Positions 54,990-64,000 of a stretch of DNA of 64,000 nt are shown here, piece after piece. The DNA lies in the NCBI GenBank assembly GCA_964016885.1, contig OZ024764.1:9238001-9302000 (forward strand). The letters are read 5' to 3'. A program made the position numbers and the translations under genes. Below the pieces are notes generated by a model. That model worked only from the letters and a program-made list of their open reading frames with translations, had not been told where the DNA came from and made no database searches. Each line of letters opens with the position of its first letter. Positions within the stretch are counted from its first letter, which is position 1. This stretch comes from Eledone cirrhosa. Taxonomy: Eukaryota.

Positions 54990-55476
54990 CATTATTCAAG
55001 TAGTCCAGGAATGTACCAGCATGGTCCAGTGTCAGGAACACCACCAAATTTCTATGCTAATAACCGCGAAGGTTATAGAGGACAGAAGACTCCCAATAAT
55101 AATTACCAGCGTTCGAAACGATCAACCTATAGAAGTGAATGGCATGGTTTCTGTCCACCATTTTATATATACTCAGAAAGTAAGAGTGAATCTCTAATCT
55201 ACAGTCACAGTAGTAAAGATACTGAAATTCTCTCTATTGGAACCACTAGTTCTCCAAATAGATTACGCTCAGAAAGTTGCAACCCGGATGATTGTGAAGC
55301 CCTGGAAGCAGTGATTGCTAATTAACCACATGGTGGTGGGTATGGCCAGAGCTATTCAGGACATTTCTCTGTAACGTCTGAATCTAAACAAAGTGGTAAG
55401 CCACGAAGGAGAAATTGTGATAACTTTAACATCCAAAATTCTTCAAAAGGTTCCATGATGCCATTAAAAAAATAAT

Positions 55477-55661
55477 TGTTTCTACTTTTGGCTCAAGGCC
55501 AGCAATTACCCCAGTGCATTACTGGTACTTTATTTTATCGACCCCCGTAAGAATGAAAGGCAAAGTTAACCTCGGCGGGATTTGAACTCAGAATGGCAAG
55601 GGACGTAACTCTATGCGTCAAAGCATGGCGTCTGACCCTCTACCGATATTGCCAATCCACC
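55477..55661 (-). mobile_element. SINE family 1 inserted in the ADAR fragment
   Basis: TSD gccattaaaaaa(a)taat at ~55460-55476 and ~55662-55677. Confidence 0.88.
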
Positions 55662-57257
55662 GCCATTAAAAAATAATGACAGGATGGTCATCCAACAGAA
55701 AAAGATGGAGGATGACCATGAAAGGCATTACGATGGAAGCCATCAATCATACCCTAGTAATTTTATGAACTATGCAAATCATTCTTTTGGAGATATGCCT
55801 GTTTGTTACCGTCAGATGGACCGAGAGGGTCCGGATGTGTCTCGCGTACACCTGAGTTCCTTGAAGAAAGAATCGAAGGACCACTCGCCCCACGATCAAA
55901 TCTCTCCCAAACGGAACTCAAATATAAAAGCTGGCAATTCTGACCCTCATGACCCACATGCTAAAATCATTTCCTTCCTTCCTTCCTTGATAAAACCATG
56001 AATGGTTCTGCTAAGTCGCGTGAAATGGCTAAACATACAGGCCTTTCTCTGGAAGAAACTCAAAAGTATTTGCATAGTTTAAGTAAAAAGAAAATAGTCA
56101 CTACTATTGGTGAAGATATTTATATAATGGCAAAGGATGCAGTCAGTTATGAAAATGAAATCCCTGCTGGAACAGGTTCTTCATCTGCGAACTCTGCCAT
56201 GTCCCGTCAGTTTTCTGGTGGAAACCGGCAACCTCCTGCTCCTCCACATGTTCTCCTGGTGGACAATGATAAGTACATCGCATTTTTCCAGTGAAATAAC
56301 ATATCTTGCTGAAGAACACATTCGGCACCCAGGAAATGAACACACAACCTTACGATTGTAAGCCGAACACACTAACCACTAAGTGACGCTCCTATGTGTA
56401 AATATATATTTTTAGCGATACAACAAACATACAGGCCTTTCTCTGGAAGAAACTCAAAAGTATTTGCATAGTTTAAGTAAAAAGAAAATAGTCACTACTA
56501 TTGGTGAAGATATTTATATAATGGCAAAGGATGCTGCCAGTTATGAAAATGGAATCCCTGCTGGAACAGGTTCTTCATCTGCAAACTCTGCCATGTCCCG
56601 TCAGTTTTCCTCCACATGTTCTACTGGCGGACAATGGCATCAGCTCCAGCAGCATGAAAAGTGCTTATTGCCAAAGTATTAGTTCCCAAAAACAATCTGG
56701 GTCATCAGGGGACACAGAAATCAGGATCAAATCAGATAAGTAGAAATTCACATCTACCTCCTTCCCCTCATGAGCTCCTTGCAAAGGATCCAGTCTTTAA
56801 AGAAGATGTCGCTGTGTCCAATTCAAACAATTCTTCTAAGGAATTCAACCAGTTGTCATCATCTTCGTCAGCATCCTTGACATCCTCAACGTCAAAGAAT
56901 TCTAGGTGGAACAATAACACTGCATTGGTAGAAAGCTCAAGAGCACCAGCTACTAATTCCACTTCAATGTCATCAACTACATCATTTGCTCCAAGCACTA
57001 AGCAAAGTAATTCAAGTGCTAAGCAGACATCATCGTCGGAACAAACTGCTTCAAATTCTAAAGGCTCTGGGTCAAAAGGTTCCTCAGGCTCCAAGCAAGG
57101 ATCTTCTAATTCCAAATCAGGTGCTTCGAGCTCAAAACAAAGGGTCAATAGTCCAAAGCAAAATGCTTCAAATAATCAATCATCTCAGTCTAATTCAAAT
57201 TCCACTGTTAACTCAAACAGATGTGAGAAAAACCACAGACCCTCCATCTCAACTCTA

Positions 57258-57293
57258 CTTTTGAAAAGCAGAAGAACTGCGAAACCTGTAAAG
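57258..57293 (+). ncRNA. minimal hammerhead ribozyme, U3-A8 variant (right pLTR)
   Basis: CTT-TTGAAAA-GCAG-AAGAA-CTGC-GAA-A-CCTG-T-A-AAG; the loop palindrome is broken by one substitution. Confidence 0.65.
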
Positions 57294-57946
57294 GAACCAA
57301 ATAAATATATATATTTTTTTAAAAATAAGACTCCAGTTGCATTTTCGATTTCATCTTTTTTTCTTTATACTTTCACTCGTGTAGGACACCTCGGTTATTT
57401 TTCATTTTGTAAAAAAAACCTCACTTTCTAATATATATATATATATATATTTGAGTTTGAAGGTGAAACACATGTCCTCGAAAATGGTTTATTAACTATG
57501 GAGTAACTTATATATATATATATACACATATACATATATATATTGTTATACTTGGGGAGGGTCATATTGTTGTAATACTATTGCCAGAAATAATAACAAA
57601 TTCATCGCCGTCATATACATATATATACATATATGTATATATATATATACATATATATGTATAGAGAATTAGTATATTTACCAACATATGCGTACAGATG
57701 TACACTAATGCTACCAAATACATAAGTTATGTCATAGTACCTAGGTGGTTCTATGCAGGGTTCTATGATGTGGTATTTATTTAGGGTGGTATATATGAAA
57801 GACGTAAAATAAGAAAATTTTAAAAATTAAAAATTAACTTACTTACTAGTATATATATATATATATAGATATATTTATATATGTGTGTGTATATAAAATA
57901 AAATAAAATAAATAAGTCAAATGTTTAAAATTTGGCTTCGTTTATT

Positions 57947-58001
57947 ACTGCTATATATATTTCGGTGACAGCCATCTTTGGCTGTGACCTCTTCAGGCAG
58001 T
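57947..58001 (-). ncRNA. type I hammerhead ribozyme (family E)
   Basis: Minus: ACTGC-CTGAAGA-GGT(C)ACAGCCA-AAGA-TGGCTGT(C)ACC-GAA-ATATATAT-A-GCAGT; perfect 5-bp helix I, 10-bp helix II, palindromic helix III. Confidence 0.72.
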
Positions 58002-58111
58002 CCGAATTAGTGTGGTAGAGACGAGTACACATGTTGTTGAGGTGTCAATACTCTGATATGCCCAGTTCCTGGTTGGGTTGTTGTTTCACTGAGGAACATA
58101 TACTCAAAATA

Positions 58112-58153
<42 letters not shown>

Positions 58154-58689
58154 AATATATATATATATATATATATATGTTCCATCTCTCTCTCTCTGTC
58201 TGTCTATCCCTCCATATAAATGTCTGCCAGTCTTCCTATCTATCCTCTATCCATCTTTCTCCCTTTCTCTGTCTGTTTTTTTTACAAAGATCTTTAATAT
58301 AACTCTGTAAATAAATTTGATAAACAATGAAAATAAAAAAATATATTTGTTTTGTTTTGTATTTTTTTCCATATATTTGTCGCAGACAACAATAATGCTT
58401 AGATCGCAGGTCATCTGCGAATCAAATATTTTTTCTGTACTTTCTTTGTGTTGTGTTTGTCATATTTCCTTTATAGATTAACTAATTATGCAATCTGCAC
58501 CTGATGATGTCTCAAGGATCTTCTGTAACCAGACTATTGAGATATATACAAACGATAAAAATTTAAAAGAATATCGCCAGTCTGGCCTCCTGTTGTTTTC
58601 AACATTAACGGACCTGTTATTTTTCTCTAAAAACATTTATTCCAGTTCCACTGCGCCCGTCCTTGCAATCTTCTTAATTTCTCATTCTT

Positions 58690-58725
58690 TCTTCTGATGA
58701 AGGACTAGCGTCTGAAACGTTAAGA
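58690..58725 (+). ncRNA. minimal hammerhead motif (family A, second copy; element ~58570-58812)
   Basis: Core identical to 7281-7316; downstream flank is homologous. Confidence 0.6.
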
Positions 58726-58809
58726 CTCTCTTCCTGCTATTTCAAGCGTTAAACGAATATATTCCTTCCATACACTGTACCGATTGTGTTGTTATTTCTG
58801 TTTACCTTT

Positions 58810-58862
<53 letters not shown>

Positions 58863-59198
58863 GTGGTTGGTGTTAGGAAGGGCATCCAGCCGTAGAAAAC
58901 CTGCCAGACAGATAGTCTTATATGAGCGAGACACGGTCACCTGACCAACCTTTCGTCAAGTGGAACAACGATGATGATGATGATATATATATATATATAT
59001 ATCATCATCATCGTTCAACGTCCATCTTCCATGCTAGCATGGGTTAGACAGGAGCTGTTCCACTTGAGGAAAGGTTGATCGGGTGACCGTGTCTCGCTCA
59101 TATAGGACTATCGGGCAGGTTTTCTACGGCTGGATGCCCTTCCTAACACCAACCACATTTTCAGTGTGGAACTATATATATATATATATTATATCTAT

Positions 59199-59313
59199 TT
59201 ATCTAGGGTGGTAAAATTTCCGAGATCCATGGATGAGTTCTCTCCAGTGGTCTTTGTCCCTCATTATCACTGCCATGTCCTGCATCTCCAAGAGACAGGT
59301 GTCTGTTCTTAGG
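59199..59313 (-). mobile_element. short RTE-like LINE 3' fragment
   Basis: LRTDT...MRDKDHWRELIH resembles the RTE C-terminal DRxxWR motif. Confidence 0.45.
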
Positions 59314-59750
59314 GTATATATATATATTATATACATATATATTATATATATACATATATAATAAATATATACAATAAATATACACATATACATACATAAT
59401 AAATATACACATATATACATATAATATATATACATATATAATAAATATATACATATAATATATATACATATATAATAAATATACATATAATATATATACA
59501 TATACATATAATATATATACATATAATATATAATATATATACATATAATATATAATATATATACATATAATATATATAAATATATATATACATATACACA
59601 TATATATAATAAATATATATATACACATATATATAATTATATACATATATATATTATATACATATATATATATTATATACATATATATATATTATATACA
59701 TATATATATAGTATATATATATATTATATTCATATATATATATATTATAT

Positions 59751-59854
<104 letters not shown>

Positions 59855-60529
59855 TATAAATATACATATATATATATATATATTTTTATATACTTGTGTA
59901 TATATATATATATATATATAACAAAGAAAGTGTGGTAAGGAACCAGGTGGACCTTAACGAATACTACTGGTTTAATTCGGATCTAGCTGTTGAAACGGCC
60001 GGAGCTCAGCCGTCGGGGTCCTGACTCTTTTCCTATACATAAATATATATATTAATAAAGAGAGATAAACACAGATATATACATATATGTGTTCAAATCA
60101 TAAGGGACTATTCTGAGTTTCTAACGCAATATATACTTTTGATATATATAAATATACACCTTGTGCCTGTAACTTAGCGGTGCGAGTATTAAAGACTGAT
60201 AAAATAAGCACTCGGCCTGAAGGAGGTGCTCCAGTATGGCCCACATCCAATGACTGAACCCGATAAAAACTGATATGCTAATACCATTTTGTTCAATTTT
60301 CAAGGGACGCAACTCTTAAAATAAAATAAAATAAAAGAGGTTATTACCCTTGGTTATAGAACCTCCGTCGTTTCTAACGATGAGTGCAACAGTGTCATTT
60401 ATCATGTATATCTTTAACACTACATACCTACACATACCAACCTTTATCAGGCCGCAAATAATAGGATGTTGGAATCAGCAGGGGTGGGGTCGATAATTTT
60501 TCTACGTGGTCCCCCTTGATTATTTAAAA

Positions 60530-61129
60530 CCCTATAGCATTTACATTACTCTATAGGCTTTACCTCACATAACATTTACATTATATATACTATTGTAGTT
60601 TCAGAGTAAAGGCTTTACCTCACATAATATCTCACATATCATTTACATTACTCTATATATACTATTGTATTTTCAGAGTAAAGGCTTTACCTCACATATC
60701 ATTTACATTACTCTATATATACTATTGTAGTTTCAGAGTAAAGGCTTTACCTCACATAATATCTCACATAACATTTATATTACTCTATATATACTATTGT
60801 ATTTCCACAGTAAAGGCTTTACTTCACATAACATTTACTATTGTATTTCCACAGTAAAGACCTTACCTCATAATATTTACATTACTCTAAATACGCTATT
60901 GTATTTTCACAGTAAATGCTTTACCTCACATAATATCTTACACAACATTTACATTACTCTATATATACTATTGTATTTTCACAATAAAGGCTTTACCTCA
61001 CATAATTATCTCATATAATATCGAATCTATGAGATTTTGTTATTTATTTTGAGAACAATTCCTTAACATCAGTTACAGCCAGTTTGAACAGAATTCTGAC
61101 CGGATACAGCAGGTTTAAATACTAAAGGG
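60530..61129. mobile_element. piggyBac-type MITE (inverted relative to the 3489 copy) with a short minisatellite array
   Basis: ccctatagcatttacattac ... actaaaggg|ttaa; same 60/72-bp units. Confidence 0.72.
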
Positions 61130-61653
61130 TTAAAAAAAACCCAGAATTAGTCGTTTAGTTTACATATTGAAACCCCAACACATCCTATTTATTTTATAAC
61201 ATATGGGATTTCTAGTAATATATTTTTTTGTCATGTATAATGTTTTTTAATGTATAAAGAGAATTGTCGCAGGAATGCTACCACTTAAAATAAAGTTTCA
61301 TTCATCATTCATCATTTTACGTCCACTTTTCCCTGCTTGCAAGGGTGGGACGGGAACTGATTCTGGCTTGATTTTTACAGCTGGATGCCCTTCCTAACAC
61401 CAACCTCATTTACAGTGATTGCTGGGTGCTTTTTTGCCGTGGCACCTCCATGACCACTTTACAGTGGAATGAAAGGGACCCCAGTCCCTATCATCTCATT
61501 TATACAGCTGAGTAAACTGGAGCAACGTGAAATAAAGTGTCTTGCTCAAGGAAACAACACATCACCCGGTCTGAGAATTGAACTCACAACCTTTCAATTG
61601 CAAGGCCAATGCTCTAACCACTAAGCCATATGGATATATATATATATATATAT

Positions 61654-62190
61654 ATAAAATATTAAACAAATAATGAATAAAACAATGAAACAGTTCCTTA
61701 TATTAAACAAAAAAAGTTCATTATTTAACGATCGTTTCTAGGATATATATGTGTTAGAATTGGCATGCATATTCAACAGATCTATGTACAAAATTATACA
61801 AAATTATACAAACTATCAAGATTAAATATACATACCAAACACACATATACGCCGTCTTCAGAAATAATAATGTGTTTGGTATGTATATTTAATCTTGATA
61901 GTTTGTATAATTTTGTATAATTTTGTACATAGATCTGTTGAATATGCATGCCAATTCTAACACATATATATCCTAGAAACGATCGTTAAATAATGAACTT
62001 TTTTTGTTTAATATAAGGAACTGTTTCATTGTTTTATTCATTATTTGTTTAATATTTTATCTTGACTCTGTATACCGTTTATCTTTCACCGAAAGTGATT
62101 TTTCATTACATCTCTTCTTTCCATGATATCCGGAATACATTGAGTTCTTCATACGGATTGGACACTACCGTAAACTCTTGGTAGATTTAT
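61654..62190. mobile_element. family C Penelope-like pLTR forming a 190-bp-arm palindrome; complete hammerhead on minus strand at 61718-61870
   Basis: 61654-61843 is the reverse complement of 61871-62060. Minus: TTATTATTT-CTGAAGA-[long]-GAA-ACGATCGT-T-AAATAATGA. The downstream tail is homologous to 27560-27730. Confidence 0.7.
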
Positions 62191-62219
62191 CTACATAATA
62201 TATATATATATATATATAT

Positions 62220-62435
62220 CGATCAATTTTCATCAAATCGGACCGAGGAAAGAATGTTTCCGTTGGTCTTTCCAATTACTAATACTATCTATCGGTCGCA
62301 ACTCCAGGTAGAAGGAGCAATGTGAAATAAAGTGTTTTGCTCAAGGACATAACGCATCGCCTGGTCCAGGAATCGAACTCACAACCACAAGATTGTGAAT
62401 CCAATTCTCTAACCACTCAGCCACACACCTTCACA
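62220..62435 (-). mobile_element. SINE family 3
   Basis: Homologous to 10281-10500. Confidence 0.75.
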
Positions 62436-62941
62436 ATAGATTAGCAAATTTTAATAAGTAGGGAGGAGTTGAATAAAGCCATGGTGTTGGTGGTGGTGGT
62501 GGTGGGGTGTCTGAAAAATGAATAAGCAATGGGAAGGGACGATTATTTGATACCTGAGAGTACATACCTACCTACATGTGTATATATATATACATACATC
62601 CACATATATACATATATCCACACACACACATCATCATCATCATCATCAGGTTTAGCGTCCGTGTTCCACGCTTGCATGGGTTTGGACGGGGGTTTTCCCA
62701 CTTGAGGCAAGAGTGGTTGTCTTGCTCGCATAGGACTGTCTGGCGGATTTTCTACAGTTGGATGCCCTTCCTAACACCAACCACATTTACAGTGTGGGGC
62801 TGGGAGGTTTTTACCGTGTTGCCTACACGGCCACATTACAGCGTGGACTGATACTTCCATATACATATCAGACAGACACAAACCAATCAGTGATGGAATG
62901 TTGAACATTTTTATTTCTTTATATACATATATTTTTTTAGG

Positions 62942-62975
<34 letters not shown>

Positions 62976-63014
62976 AATATATACACATGCACATATATAT
63001 ACATACATTCATAC

Positions 63015-63100
<86 letters not shown>

Positions 63101-63835
63101 ATATATATATATATATACATGTATATATATGTATGTGTATATATAAATACGTATATATATATGTGTGTGTATATATATATATATATATTAAATATATAAA
63201 TATATATATATATAAATAGATAAATAAATGCCATTGTTAAATAATAAATAAATCAAGTAATACCTCAACACTTCACACAAAGTAAAATATTTCGTTTTAA
63301 TCATTTTCTAACCCAGAAAAAAGAGAGAGAAATTGTCTCTTTCTCCCTGTTTTCATATATATTTAAATAAAATCAAGAAAAACAATGAAGGGATGGGGCA
63401 AGGGTGGGTCGGTGTTGAGTTGTCATGGCAACAGGTGTCCTGGAATCACAGCAAATGGACAGTGTATAGATATTAGGGTAATATAGGGGGTTAGGGCTTG
63501 GGAGGTGTGCTTGAAGACTTTACCTACACCGCCCTACCAGGAATACATGTGCAAAAAATAAGACACACATATATATATAAATATATGTATGTATTTATAT
63601 ATATATATATACATATATACATATACAGATATCTATATATACACATGTATATACACACACATATATATATACATGTATATATGCACACATATATATACAC
63701 ACACACATATATATATATATATATATTAGAGTGAAGGTATAAAATAATTGTTTACCAGAAAATGTATAAAAAAAGGGTGTTAATTCAAATGTTTAAAGTA
63801 TCTTCACTTGTTGAGAGATCATTGTCAAAATTTAC

Positions 63836-64000
63836 AGTATTACAGTAAAGACTTTAATATTTAATGTGATGTAGTCATAGTGTTGTTTTGTACTAAATGT
63901 CTATAGTATCTTTACTGGTGGACAGATTGTTGGGAAATTTTAAAGTATTACAGTAAAGACTTTAATATTTAATGTGATGTAGTCATAGTGTTGTTTTGTA
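63836..64000. repeat. start of a 108-bp tandem repeat
   Basis: agtattacagtaaagactttaatatttaatgtgatgtagtcatagtgttgttttgta at 63836 and 63944. Confidence 0.75.

Larger units (their letters stand above)
54362..57221 (+). pseudogene. ADAR: disrupted 5' fragment of an ADAR1-like gene (RGG-rich leader, Z-alpha domain, second winged helix, Ser-rich region; no dsRBD or deaminase)
   Basis: EDRIVNYL...TMELAR...[15 protein letters not shown]...PPTW carries the Z-alpha N/Y/PP/W residues. A second wHTH-like segment (KIISFL...AKSREMAKHTGLSLEETQKYLHSLSKKKIV) and a long Ser-rich tract follow. Broken by a 31-bp triplication, stops, frameshifts and SINEs. Confidence 0.8.
53782..57430 (+). mobile_element. Penelope-like cassette: inverted 5' pLTR (53782-54361), captured ADAR1-like fragment, 3' pLTR plus tail (57222-57430)
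   Basis: 57222-57369 is the reverse complement of 53782-53925 plus 54358-54361 (two mismatches seen). Each arm holds a minimal hammerhead. The right arm runs ~60 bp further. The cassette sits between (TA)/(CT) microsatellites. Confidence 0.75.

Noticed and set aside
54362-57221. Functional ADAR1 locus
   Set aside because: Stops, frameshifts, SINE insertions with TSDs inside coding sequence, and no dsRBD or deaminase exons downstream in the window.
53782-57369. Reading the inverted repeats as DNA-transposon TIRs (Pack-MULE-like)
   Set aside because: Arms are asymmetric (3' arm has an extra tail), no TSD is evident at matching ends, and both contain a minimal hammerhead, which fits Penelope pLTRs better. 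Not fully excluded.
58500-58560. CTGATGA followed by a TGTCTCAA/TTGAGATA stem
   Set aside because: No GAAA, helix III or helix I partner follows; at best a truncated ribozyme remnant.

Overview
Eukaryotic, AT-rich, microsatellite- and repeat-dense genomic DNA. It is most likely an octopus/coleoid cephalopod, inferred from the SINE families, RTE/CR1 LINE debris, (TA)n/(ATC)n load and a cephalopod-type ADAR1 fragment. Most short ORFs in the track are repeat artefacts. Real content: (1) a complete 9-exon OTUD6B-type deubiquitinase on the minus strand (CDS 23909->8866, 906 nt, 301 aa, all GT-AG, catalytic Cys codon split by a 20-nt microexon); (2) an 8.1-kb single-ORF C2H2 zinc-finger gene (41742-49874) with two finger clusters separated by huge in-frame trinucleotide expansions; (3) a ~3.6-kb cassette (53782-57430) in which the 5' part of an ADAR1-like gene (Z-alpha domain, second winged helix, Ser-rich region) is bracketed by ~148-bp inverted repeats, each carrying a minimal hammerhead ribozyme. 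This is the architecture of Penelope-like pseudo-LTRs and suggests ribozyme/retroelement-mediated capture of a Z-DNA/Z-RNA-binding module. The window also holds at least five other hammerhead-bearing non-autonomous Penelope-like repeat families, two deleted DD37D Tc1/mariner elements, piggyBac-type MITEs, Helitron-like elements, tRNA-derived SINEs and many TE-seeded minisatellites.
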